Below, in pieces: positions 27,864 to 60,399 of a stretch of 64,000 bases of DNA (its first letter is position 1; each line of letters opens with the position of its first letter). The stretch lies in NCBI RefSeq assembly GCF_006345805.1, contig NW_021833420.1, positions 11,637 through 75,636 of the forward strand, in the 5' to 3' direction. Below the pieces are notes generated by a model. It was not told where the DNA came from, made no database searches, and saw only the letters and a program-made list of their open reading frames with translations. This DNA comes from Octopus sinensis (lineage: Eukaryota). Position numbers and translations under genes: made by a program.

Positions 27864-27907
<44 letters not shown>

Positions 27908-27949
27908 TATTATTATTATTATTATTATTATATTATTATTATTATTATA

Positions 27950-30140
27950 TGTTTCACTTTTGCTTTGTATTTGTACAAGTTGACTCCAAATCTCACCCAC
28001 AGATCTCAAGAGAAAACAAGTAAGAAGTACAAGTTGGTATTATGCCTAAGGTGTCATATATTTGGCTTTGCACATAGAATTGTTCTAGAGAATGTTTAAG
28101 AAAACATAAGACAATTGTAGGCATGTTAAAAAATTTTATATTACATAGAGAGTATTTTATGTAGGATATAGGCAGTTCCAGTGAGCACGATCTTTTGAAT
28201 TTCAGCCATTTTGGGTTTTCCTGGTATCTGAGCCAGGTAGCAATCAGTCCCTTTTGCTATCATTCCTAGGGTACATATGACAACAGGTATTGTTTTAGTC
28301 TTGAGGTTCCACATATTGTCAATTTCCAGTTCAAGATCTTTATACTTGCTCAGTTTTTTGGTAGGTCTTGCCTGATACATTTATAATGATTGGGTCAGTC
28401 ATATCAATGGGATGGCATGATTTTTGTCTGAAGTCTTTCATTATAACGTCTGGCCTATTTGCATCAATCTTTCTGTCAGTTCGAACGGTGAAGTTCCAGA
28501 GGAGTAAGCTGTAATCATTTTTAAGTACTGGAAGTGGTTTGTGTTCCCACCAATTTTTATCATTTAGCAGGTTCAGATTTTTGCAAATTACCCAGTGAAT
28601 ATATTGTGCAGCTCTATTATACCTGTTGAGATAATCTGTAGGCGCAAGAAGACTGCAAATGGAAATAACATGATCATTGGTTGCATTTTGTTGTTGACAT
28701 ACACAACACGTTGGGCTACTTCCGTTCTTCAGTATGTTGGCCTGGTAGTTACTTGTCGGTAGGCATTGATCTTAGGCTGCTATGATAAACCCTTCTGTTT
28801 CCGATTTTAGCCAGAAGACACTAACCATTGATTTGTTGCATTTGGAATTCACTCAGATATTCTTGTGTCTGTTTTGTGAAAACTCCACGGCTACCCTCTT
28901 TTCTTGGCAGGTAAAGTCGTTCTATATCTGCCTTAGGGTGGTGCATTCTATGCATTGTCAACAATTTCGTATTTTTCTGTCAAGAATACATATTTCAGTA
29001 ATTGAGCAGTAAATGATATTGAAACTGTAAGTCATGACCGGTATGGCTAAAGTATTGATCACTTCGATTCTGTTTCTTGCATTCAGCTCTGTCTTGAGTA
29101 TTGCCCTTACTCTACGATAACATTCTCTTCTGATCCTTCCCCTCATCACTGAATGTTTGATTCCGTTCCCTTCAAATACCCTTAAGTATTTGTAGCTCTC
29201 CGCGGTTTCTAACTCCTTTATGACATTCCGCTGGTCAAGATTAACATTGGATGTTTCTGTCATTTCTCCTTTGATAAATGTAGCTTTTGAGCATTTATCT
29301 AGGCCAAATTGCATCCTGATGTCATCACTGAATTGTTTAACAATCTCTATTTTATTTTTGCCAAGTTCTTGGCAGAATTCTTTGGGATTGAAGTTGAACT
29401 GTTCGTTTTGTTCAAAGAAACGTTGGCGTTTCTTATACCGGTGGTTTCTTTGTGCTTTGGCGAGGATATCTAGCATTAGCTGTTCTCTTATCTCAGGTAT
29501 ATCATGTTCTGTAATTTCCGTAGTGTTTTCTACTCTTCTAGTAATGTTGTTTGACTGCTAGTTTCGTTAACGTTTGACAGATCCTTTCTTTTATTTTATA
29601 TTTTTCTGGATATTATTTAGCCACAGGATTTTCTGAATGTTGATATTCCACTTTAGATGGGTTTGAGGGGGTATCCAGCTTCTTTCGTGGTCATAGAAGC
29701 TGCTGCATATGCTATATCATTTAACATTTGTTTCTGTGGCTATTGGTTCTGTGACGGCCAGGTTCATGTTATTTATTATTGATGTTGTCTTATTATCAAC
29801 TTTAATTTTGGAGAGGTACAGTCGGTGATCCACACTGAGGTCTGTGGCTTTTAATTATTTGATTATACTCATTGATTTCGCCTGGTTGCAGTCTTTAGTT
29901 GTATTAGTGTTTGTATTGCGTGTTGTGTGTAATGCGAAATGTGTTCCTCTGTTGGGTATCCAGTCTGTAGAATACATGCTATAGGAGTCGTTTAGTTTAT
30001 TCGATATTTACTGTATAGAGTGTGTCTTGTGTTTCTGGATTGTTTTGTTCGTAGATAGTTTTGTTTGGGCTGTATTTATTGAATTGATAGTGTCTTGCGT
30101 AGGATGTAGACTGTTCCTAGCAGGGCTATTTTTGGATAGT
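27950..30140 (-). mobile_element. Dong/R4 LINE (same family as 18.5 kb copy) with internal RT deletion
   Basis: KNKIEI joins directly to VKQFSDDIRMQFGLDKC (about 29340), so the RT core is missing; C-terminal KLSKYKDLE...GTAYILHKILSM; 3' end abuts (ATT)n. Confidence 0.88.
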
Positions 30141-30447
30141 GTACTGTGTTGAGGATCCGGGTGTAGCTTCTACGCTTTTGTTCATACCCAATGCACTAAT
30201 TATTACTGGTATTGTTTTTGTATTCATGCCCCACATCTTGAAATCTTCGATTTCGTGGTCTTTGTACTTTGACAATTTCTCCACTTCTTTTTTAGCAATA
30301 TTTTTGTCTGAAGGGTTTGTAATATCTATCAGTAAGCTGATGTATTTTTTTTCAAGCTTTGACTTTTATTTCTGAGTTTTGCTTTTATTTCTTTATCAGT
30401 TTGAACTTATTATTATTATTATTACTATCATAATAATAATAATAATA

Positions 30448-30530
<83 letters not shown>

Positions 30531-30735
30531 CTGCAGAATACATAAGATGTGTTTTCAAACTTACCATATTGGTGCACCATAAGACACTTGTTTACACCGG
30601 TTTGGTGCTTATTTCCATTATTTGCTTTATTCCAAGTTATCAATAGAAATACCAGGAACCTGTTACAGGTGTTCTACGATTGTTTAGCCCTCCAGGAGTT
30701 ATACTCGGCCCACCTAATATGTTCTGTGGGCGTTT
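30139..30735. mobile_element. two short Dong/R4 3'-end fragments (30139-30340 minus, 30540-30735 plus) around an (ATT)n array
   Basis: KLSKYKDHEIEDFKMWGMNTKTIPVIISALG on minus; VINRNTR...LQELYSAHLI on plus. Confidence 0.55.
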
Positions 30736-30759
30736 AATTTAATTTAATCAAGCACAACT

Positions 30760-32260
30760 CAAAAAGATGGCGGGGCGCGTCTTGAAAGAGTTGAGAGAGA
30801 AGAAATCCGGTGGCTACTGAAGATTTCCATCCCCTTCCCTCCGTTACTATCAACAGGAGAAGGGGAGTAGAAAAACGAGACAATTACAGTACAACGTCCA
30901 CCACAGCGGTAGTAACAGTTACAGCAACAGCGGTAGCAGATACTAAAGCAGCAGCCTCAACAATAACAACAGCAGAAGCAGCAATAGTAGTAGTGATAGC
31001 AACAACAACAACGAAAATGACAGCAACATCACCGTAACAATGGTAGCAACAGCAGCAACGATAGCAAAACAACAAAACAACAACAACAATAAAACCAACA
31101 CTAACAACATCGGTAAAAACAGCGACAGCAACAATAACGGCAGCAGCAACAGCAACAGCAACAACAATAACGACGAGAACATTACCAACAGCAAAAGCAC
31201 GTTCGCGGCAGCAGAAGCGAAAAAGAAGCAACGCTTTACCGTGAACCTCACAAACAGGGACGAAATGTTAACGCAAGCATGGAAACTAATCAAACAAGAA
31301 AAGTCATGGGCCAAACTTACTTATCCGTTAGAGGCAATTGGAGCAGTGGAGAAAAGAATGGTACATCTCAGCAGAGACGAAAAGAGAGGCTTGATAGTTG
31401 GTGGCTTCTGGGATGCGTAATTGTGGAGGGGACGGATACTGTCCCGATAGAAGTGACAAGAACTACAAGGGAGGACTGGTCCGGCGTTGACCTGGAGATA
31501 CCTCTCCAGATCAGACCCGAAAACATAAAAAAATCCTGGACTACATCCGTCTCCAGAACACAACAACCGAGGGCAAAAGGCTGCATTGTTTCGTGTGTGA
31601 AAAAGCTACTCATTTGCGAGTTCGCTGCCCCATGTGGTAAAAGGTGCAAGGGGTCAAAGGCCTCTATAGCTGCCTATGTCGGGACAAAAATTCGAGAGAG
31701 CTTTCCGAGGGACGTGGGAACCCCGAACGTGAGACCCACATCAAAGCTCTTAAAGGGGTTCCCAAAAATCCCCTTCTCGTTATGGAAATCGAACCACCTG
31801 ACCTTCACAAGACGTCAGGAGGTAAGTAAACCTTTCCCTTCTCTCTTTAGATTGCCAACATGGCCATATTAAGTGTAGGAATTTTAAATGTTCGAGGCCT
31901 GGGGTCGCCCTGAAAGCAAGGGCACTTGCTCAACGACCTCAAGTCTTTAGAATTGGATATAAGTGCTGTCAGTGGGACCAGGATTTCCAATACATGCGCA
32001 CTGGCCCCATGTTCGACGACTGTCAGATCTTTGCATCTGTTAGTTGGATGGTTATGGGAAGTGGAGTGGTAGTGCTATTTAGGAAAGAACTGAATTTCGA
32101 GGTTAGGTCATCTTCCGGGACCCGGACGGGAAGTTGGGGGTCCTAAACGTGAGAAATAGTGTAGGTAGTGTCTTTAGTGTGGTGGTCGTCTACGCCCCTA
32201 CTGGAGCCAAACGGCCACATTTCTTTAGGCGTCTGGAAACCTTTCTAGGTACAACAACAA
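30760..32260 (+). mobile_element. Tx1/L1-clade LINE 5' part (ORF1 with zinc knuckle, start of ORF2 APE endonuclease)
   Basis: CFVCEKATHLRVRC (Cx2Cx4Hx4C); ORF2 start MAILSVGILNVRGLGSP...VVVVYAPTG; (CAA/CAG)n expansion inside ORF1. Confidence 0.8.
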
Positions 32261-32309
32261 CAACAGTATTCAATTGCGTATGGCTTTCGGGTTTAAACAC
32301 GAGCAACAA

Positions 32310-33300
32310 TAAATTGTCTTTTGGTAATGATTTGCTCAGTAGAAAAATATTTTCCTGAAAGATCAAAAACCTATGAATATTTTGTGCATCGAAATGGGTC
32401 CATACTTGCTCAGAGGTTTACAAAAGCCAATGAGAAGAGAAAACCAATGTACCTATACCTTATGAAAACATGGGATCACACCCAAGCACGAATTGTGAAC
32501 AGCTCCCGGGAGACGCGCAGATACACGGACAAACACACAGACACTCAGACACACAGATACATAGACACGCGCGTGCATACACACACAGACAAATGTACAG
32601 ATACATACATAAAAGGACATAGACAGACACACAGGCACAGACGCACAGTTTCATAGATACACAGATGCACACATATTTGCGGGTAAAAATAAGCAAGTTG
32701 TACAATTGCAGGAGAGAAAGGAGAGATTTGGAAAAATAAAAATTTCGCTGTGATTGATGAAAACCAAACGTTTTATTGATCATTAAAAGATGACTATTCT
32801 TGAAGAAATTTGCGTTTTGTGTTAATCAATCAAATGCTGAAAGGCTCTCCGAAGTTAATATTAAGCAAGCAACATCTAATTTTTAAGTGTCAACAACTAT
32901 CCTTTCGAAGTAATTACCTGACTAAAGGGAGAGTCTACAATGCAAATGTACAGATTGATAGTAACCTGATGTAGAAAATATGTATCGGATTAACAGAAGA
33001 TGCTTTTAAAACAAGATTCTACTTGCTTTAAGAATTTACGAACTTTTTTAAATATTTGAACACAAGTCTGGCCGGGAATATTCTGCTTTTGAAGAAATCC
33101 GACTTAGCTCACTTTAAAGAACACTAGTCTGTTTTAGAAAGAGATAATCTATATAAAGATAGTCTTCACGCACAATTTTATGTAATATCCGTTTGAGCGA
33201 GTATTACATCATTCTTTTTCAGAATAATTTTGGTTTCCTCCAGACCCACATCGAAATACTTGCTCGGTATTCCGTAGCCTGTTAATGGATGATGAGTGAT
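32310..33300 (+). mobile_element. Penelope-like element remnant (GIY-YIG), interrupted by (CA)n
   Basis: EKYFPERSK..., KGRVYNANV..., ICIGLTEDAFKTRFY (YIG.TE..FKTRY), and an LVSSRPTSKYLL C-terminus. Confidence 0.7.
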
Positions 33301-34082
33301 AAATATTTTTCGAACTTCTCAGTGAAATGAAATGTTTTGGATTTTAAAGCTGCTAACTTTTTGAAGTTTTGGCATTTTACATTGTTTATCAACTTTTTCT
33401 AACGTTTTTGCACAGCAACAATTTGTTTATGTTCTGGTTTTTGTGATAATGAGTTATGCGTGTGTGTGCATTAATTTTTATTCATTTGTGAACCTCCAAA
33501 ATCTTTGAGATTTTCACGCTTAAGAAGACACATAGAATGAGAACGCTGTCGGTTCAAATTCTATATTTTCTCTTCATTTTCAAATTATATTTAGTGTGTA
33601 CACTAAACATTTTGAAACGCTTCCATAAATCACTATTGAGGTGCTTTGAAAAATAGCCATGCATTTAAGCGACGTTATGTACATTTAAAGCGATTTAAAA
33701 TCTTGAATTCTGCGCAAAAAGATTTTCTGGGCGAAGTTTGCGTACATACAATCTTTGTCATTAGAGAGAGGCAAAATACTTCTGGAAAAATGATTGCGTT
33801 TGCATCGTTTTTATATTTTGATGAACAGAGTTGTGTTATAAGCACAGCGTGTATATAATGAACGCATGTTGTAATACTGTATTTTGTCTTATAGGCATAC
33901 ATATATGTGTGTATATATATTATTATGTTTGCATACACATACACACATGCGCACGCACACACGCACACGCACACACATATATGAACAAAGGGAGAACAGA
34001 GTGAAAGCGAGAGAAATAGTAAATGAAAAATAAACAGTCATGTTTAAAGATAACTTCAGAGACAAGTAAAATAAAATATTGT

Positions 34083-34088
34083 TTTATT
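34083..34088 (-). promoter_or_regulatory. candidate polyadenylation signal AATAAA of the SLC22-like gene
   Basis: AATAAA on the minus strand about 25 nt after the stop. The region is AT-rich, so a chance match is possible. Confidence 0.35.
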
Positions 34089-34112
34089 AAATTTCTTCTT
34101 TACTTTTGGAAT

Positions 34113-54220
<20,108 letters not shown>

Positions 54221-54329
54221 CTGTAGGAAGATATATTTAAGTTCACAGTTATGATAAAAGTTTTATGGATTCAGTATGTATGTGCTGAGTAAGCTATCTA
54301 ATACATTAATCAATTTTAATATCTTGAAA

Positions 54330-54976
54330 CTTTTGGGGAGGGGACTAGTCGATTACATCGGCCCGAGTACTTACCTGATACTTATTTTATTGACCTTAAA
54401 AGGATGAAAGGCAAAGTCGACCTCGGCGGAATTTGAACTCAGAACGTAAAGACGGACGAAATGTTGCTAAACATTTTGCCCAGGGTGCTAACGATTCTGT
54501 CAGCTCACCACCTTTGTAGCTTTCATAATAATATTAATAATTGTTTCTATTTTTGGCACAAGGCCAGCATTTTTAAGGCGAGGAGAAAGTCGACCACATC
54601 GATCACAAGACTTGACAGGTACATTTTTATCGTCTCTGAAAGGATGAAGACAAAGTCAACATCTAAAGGCACGAGGCTTGGAATTTTGGTGGAGGAAGCT
54701 ACTCGGTTACTCCGAACCAGGGCTCAATGGATACTAATTTTATCGAGTACGAAAGAAGAAATGGCACAGTCGACCTCCGCGGAATTTGAACTACGAACGT
54801 TAAGCCAAAAGAACTGCTGTGAAGCATTTTGTCCAGCAGACTAACGATTCTGCCAGATCACTTTTTCGTAATAATAATAATGGTTTCAAATTTTGGCTCA
54901 GATTGTAAAGACGGGTGAAATACTGCTAAGCCTTTCGACCGGTGTGCTAACGATTCTGCCAGCTCACCACCTTAAC

Positions 54977-55010
<34 letters not shown>

Positions 55011-55262
55011 TAATAATAATAATAATAATAATGACAATAATAATAACTTTTTCTACTATTGGCGCAAGACCTGAAATTTGGGGGATGGGAGGGGGATAGT
55101 CAATTACATCGACCCAGTACTCAACTGGTACTTGATTTATCGACTCCGAAAGGATGAAAGACAAAGTCAACCTCGGTGGAATTTGAACTCAGAAGGTAAC
55201 GAAGGACGAAATACTGCAGAGCATTTCAGCCAGCGCGCTAATGATTCTGCCAGCTCACAGCC
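54330..55262 (-). mobile_element. array of about 4 OR-type SINE copies and fragments separated by (TAA)n
   Basis: Repeated ggatgaaaggcaaagtcgacctcggcggaatttgaactcagaacg...ctaacgattctgccagctca. Confidence 0.8.
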
Positions 55263-55265
55263 TTA

Positions 55266-55351
<86 letters not shown>

Positions 55352-55848
55352 AAAACAAAGGCACCGCAGTGGTGATGCTTATCCTGAGCGTAGATAATTT
55401 TTTTTCGCATGTGGATTACAATGCGTTGCTTACCCATGCTTTTTCATTGAACTGAATCAGCTTTTTATAGGTATTTTTACTCCATTATAGGTATTTATAC
55501 TCCGGTGAAGTTAAGAAATAAACGTAACCCACGAATTCATCACTGTATACACATCCGCGCGCGCGCGCACAAACGGAGAGTCGGATATCTATGTATTTAT
55601 GTGTGTATGTATGTACCCTGACATGTTCACGCACATAGGTACACCATTATCTATACACACGCAGACGAGAGTCGATTCAAATGAAAAAGAAAGTGAACAA
55701 AATAATACGACCACTTGTTTATCGGGAAATGTTTAAGTTCGATTTCTCATTATTTTTTAGTTTTTCGTTAAGTATCACTATCATAGGTTTGCATACTCCA
55801 GTGAAATTAAGAAATCGAGTCGTAAATAAATGAAACCCACGAATCCAT

Positions 55849-55891
<43 letters not shown>

Positions 55892-56299
55892 AACACACAC
55901 GCACACAGAGAGGAACACACACACACGCAAACACACACGCACACAGAGAGACACACACACACACACGCACACACAAATTCACAAGCCTATGTATGTATTA
56001 TGTATGTATGTGCCCACATGTGTCTACGCGCATATGTACTGCATGCTCTATACAGATACAGACGAGGGTCGATTCATTTGAAAAAGAAAGCCAACAAAAT
56101 ATGACCACTTAGCAGAAAATCTGTAAGTCCGATTAAAAAAAAAAATTCTTTTAAAGATAATCAGTGCAAATGTTCATCATTTCGAGCCACTCGCCCACTG
56201 AGTATTTCTACCAAATGTGGTGAAAATCTGTTTAACCGTTTTCCAGTAATTTTGCAATTTTGCAAATAGACAAAGAGACAAAAACGAGTGATTACAGTG

Positions 56300-56955
56300 A
56301 TTACAGAATTGGGGCAAGGCACGACGGTCAATTGATAATATACGACGGAAGCGATGTATGCATTCGCCACCTCTGTCCGACCTTCTAGAGATGGGTTCCC
56401 CCGGGCAATTTCTGGACGAGATTGGCTACCCTGCTCGTCACCTCGCTCCAGTTCTTTTCCACCTGGAGATCCGGACCAAACCACATCATAATAAATCTAT
56501 CCAGCACCTTCGTCCAGCGTCCTACGACGTTATTGGACGCAATAAGCTGCTCCTCTAGGTGCCAAACTGCAGGCCAACTGACTTGTCTTGGTTATGTTTT
56601 GCTCTTGTGAGAGATACGCATTATTTCAGAGCTGTACCGATCAGATTTATGTACCTAGTGTTCAACTCTATGATGGTTATGTCGTCTGCATATGCCGACA
56701 CATTTCTCCCACGTCCTAGTTCGCTAGCGATGCCTCTCAACGCCTCCGATTTCCGAAGTAGTGGCTCTGGAACCAGTACATATATAGCAGACGATAGGGG
56801 GCACTCTTGACGGACCGAAAGCATTATGCTGAACGGTCGTCTCAACAGGTAACCATCCACTGGAACTTTCGAGTAGATATCGCTGTGCATTGTGGCAATC
56901 CAGCCACGGAAAACGGGATCGAAACCAACTACTATGACAATGGCTTCCAAGGCTT
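56300..56955 (-). mobile_element. Tx1/L1-clade RT fragment
   Basis: SVRQECPLSSAIYVLVPEPLLRK, VSAYADDIT, SLEGRTEVANAYIASVVYYQL. Confidence 0.85.
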
Positions 56956-56974
56956 TTCAGTGGTCCAAGACAGA

Positions 56975-58320
56975 AAGCATATGGTTACCAAGTGGTGAAA
57001 TGATGAAGGCAATTCAACCTCAATCCAGCTATAAGTACCTGGGAATACTTGAGGCAGATGGAGTCAACACCACGACAAAAAGGAAAAGACAAAAAGATTA
57101 CCTGCGGCGAATGAAAAAATATTGGCTTCAAGGCTGAATGCCAGAAACATATTTCGGCAATAAACTTGCGCGCATTCGCAGTAGTTCGGTATGGCGCTGG
57201 AATCCTGAAATGAACAGAGGAGCTAAAGGAGATGGACAGGAAGTCAAGAAATCTCCTAACGATGCATGGAGCCCATCATCCACGTGCAAGCACTGATCGC
57301 CTATACATGAAGAGAGAAAAATGGAGGAAAGGGACTGATAAGTGTGGAAGACTGTGTGCGTATAGAACTTGAGAGCTTCATGAAATACCTAGCCCAAAGT
57401 AAGGAAACCTTGCTAGTGACAGTTAGGAATGCGGGAATATTGAGAGCAGAGAAAACAAAGGAAGAAGTACAAACAGGACGTGAAGAAGAATTACGCAAGA
57501 AGGGACTACACAATCAATTCCATGTAGCCACAGCAGAAGTCGCTGGAGAAAATGGTGGGTTTGGATGATGAAAAGAACCCTAAAAAGAAGACCGAGAGCA
57601 CTATACTGGTAACGCAGGGCCAAGATCTGGCCATGAACTGGAGGGTCAACCTGAGGAACGAGCAAGTGTCTCTGCTATGCCGCACCTGCAACAAAGTGGA
57701 TGAAACCATTGCCCATATCACGAATGAATGCCCTAGACTTATCTAAAACAACAAGTTGTGGCATCACGACCAGGTAGCATAAGTGCTACATTGGAAACTA
57801 GTCGAAAAGTGGGGGCTAAATAGAGGCAAGACTTGGTAATGAGCACAAACCGCATAGTGGCAGAGTCGGAGACTAACAGAATCCTCTGGGATTTCTCAAT
57901 CCAGGCAGAACAGGTGCTAGAGCATAACAGACCGGACCTAGTGGTGGTGGACAAGATGCACCACATATGTTATATAATTGATGTTGCATGCCCCTATGAC
58001 CCACGAATAGTCACGAAGAAAGGTGAAATGATAGATAGATAGATAGATACAACCCTCTTATGTACGAAAAAGCATGGCTATGGAAAAGGAAGGTGAAGTT
58101 AGCGCAAATTATTGATAGGCATCAAGAGGAATATAAAAGAAATTGGAATAGAGTGACTAGTAAAAATGTTACAAAACGTTTGCATTTTTGAGACGGCAAG
58201 AATAATCAGAAAAGTATTAGATAGCTGAAAAGAATGGATAGCATGGTACCGTAGGCTGCAGGTAGTAAGCCCGCTATGCATGCAAGACTCCAGGAGCTCC
58301 AACAAAACCTGTGATAAAGA
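56975..58320 (+). mobile_element. degenerate Dong/R4 LINE 3' part
   Basis: SYKYLGILEADG, HHPRASTDRLY, CRTCNKVDETIAHITNECP, NRPDLVVVD...IIDVACP; followed by (TAA)n. Confidence 0.85.
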
Positions 58321-58388
58321 TAAAATAATAATAATAATATAATAATAATAATAATATAATAATAATAATAATAATACAACACACACAA

Positions 58389-59926
58389 ATGAAAGAGAAA
58401 ATAAAAAAGAATATTATAGACGAGTTAGATCAATACTAAAAACAGAGCTCAATGCTAAAAACAAGATAATAGGTATTAACACTTTAGCTGTCCCAGTTAT
58501 AAGTTACAGCTACAATATCCTTAACTGGACACGAAATAAACTGACCAAAATGGTTAGGAAAACAAGAAAAATAATAACAGGATCTAGGATGCATCACCCA
58601 AAATCTGACATAGAAAGACTATATATATACAACGTATAGAAGGTGGTAGAGGCCTTATACAACTGGAAAACTACTATAAAATAACCACCATAGGACTGCA
58701 AAGGTATCTACTTCAGAAGGAAGGAAAACTGATACAAATAGCGGCAAAACACGAGCAAAACAAAAATCTGTTCTCAGTATTTAAGGAAGCTGACAAATAC
58801 AAACAAGAAATCATACCACCTAATAAATATGAAGAAGGAGAAGAAGAAGAAGAAGAAGAAGAAGAAGAAGAAGAAGAAGAAGAAGAAGAAGAAGAAGAAG
58901 AAGAAGAAGAAGAAGAAGAGAAGAAGAAGAAGAAGAAGAAGAAGAAGAAGAAGAAGAGAAGAAGAAGAAGAAGAGAAGAAGAAGAAGAAACAACAAAAGC
59001 TATAAAACAAATGAAATCCAAACTAAAAATAGAACAGCAACGAACCATGATAAAACGATGGCAAGAAAAGCCCCTTCATGGTAAATACTGGACTAAACTA
59101 AACGCAAAAGAAATAGACAAAGAAAAATCCCAGCAATGGTTGAGAAGCTCAGGACTCAAAGCAGAAACAGAGGGATTTTTAATTGCAGCACAAGACCAAA
59201 GCCTCTCCACCAGAAATTACCAAAGACATGTAATGAAAAGAAATATAACAAGTAACTGCAGAATATGTGGAGATGGACAAGAAACAATAAATCATATTAT
59301 CTCTAGCTGCCCAGTCCTGGCTAAGAAGGAATATATTCACAGACATGACAGAGTTGGAACCTACATACATTGGAAGCTATGCCAACATTATGGAATAACA
59401 ACAGAAAAAAGATGGTATAGGCACACACCAGAAAAGGTCACAGAAAACGAGAAAGCAACCATACTCTGGGATATGCCGATACACACAGATAGAGAAATTA
59501 AGACCAACAGACCAGATATAGTTGTCAGAGACCATGAAGAAAAAAAATGCTTTCTAATTGATGTATCAATACCGGCTGATGACAACGTGTCTCTAAAAGA
59601 AATGTAGAAACTCTCAAAATACAAAGACCTGGAAATAGAGGTAACTAGAATGTGGAATCTGAAAACAGAAACAATTCCTATCATAGTAGGTGCATTAGGC
59701 ATGATAAAAAAATATTCAGACAAATACATAACAAAAACACCAGGACTTACAAACACATATAACATACAGAAAATTGCACTACTAGGCACTGCACACATCC
59801 TACGCAGAACACTTTCCATACAATAACCATCAAAGCATCACAACAAATCACAGCACATACCCAAGGCACACAGAGCTGCGCTCGGTAGTGAAGTGAAGCA
59901 CGCTATAAAAATAAAACTACTGAATA
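58389..59926 (+). mobile_element. Dong/R4 LINE 3' half (same family as 23-27.7 kb) with expanded internal (GAA)n
   Basis: ORF 59011-59607 carries ETEGFLIAAQDQ, CRICGDGQETINHIISSC, RPDIVVRD; (GAA)n at 58831-58989; (TAA)n on both sides. Confidence 0.93.
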
Positions 59927-59941
59927 ATAATAATAATAATA

Positions 59942-59997
<56 letters not shown>

Positions 59998-59998
<1 letters not shown>

Positions 59999-60294
59999 TC
60001 CTTTCTACTATATGCACAAGGCCTATAATTTGGTGGGAGGGGACTAGTCGATTACATCGACATCCAGTGTTTTACTGGTATTTAATTTGTCGACCCGGAA
60101 AGGATGTAGGGCAAGGTTGATCCTGACGGAATTTGTACTCAGAACGTAACGGCAGACGAAATACCTATTTCTTTACTACCCACAAGGGTCTAAACACAGA
60201 GGGGACAAACAAGGACAGATACACGGATTAATTCGATTACATCGACACCAGTGCATAACTAGTACTTATTTAATCGACCCCGAAAGGATGAACG
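59998..60294 (-). mobile_element. OR-type SINE segment, near-identical inverted copy of 22660-22960
   Basis: Direct sequence comparison by eye. Confidence 0.85.
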
Positions 60295-60311
60295 CTATAA
60301 AAATAAAACTA

Positions 60312-60363
<52 letters not shown>

Positions 60364-60399
60364 TAATAATATAATAATAATAATAATATAATAATAATA

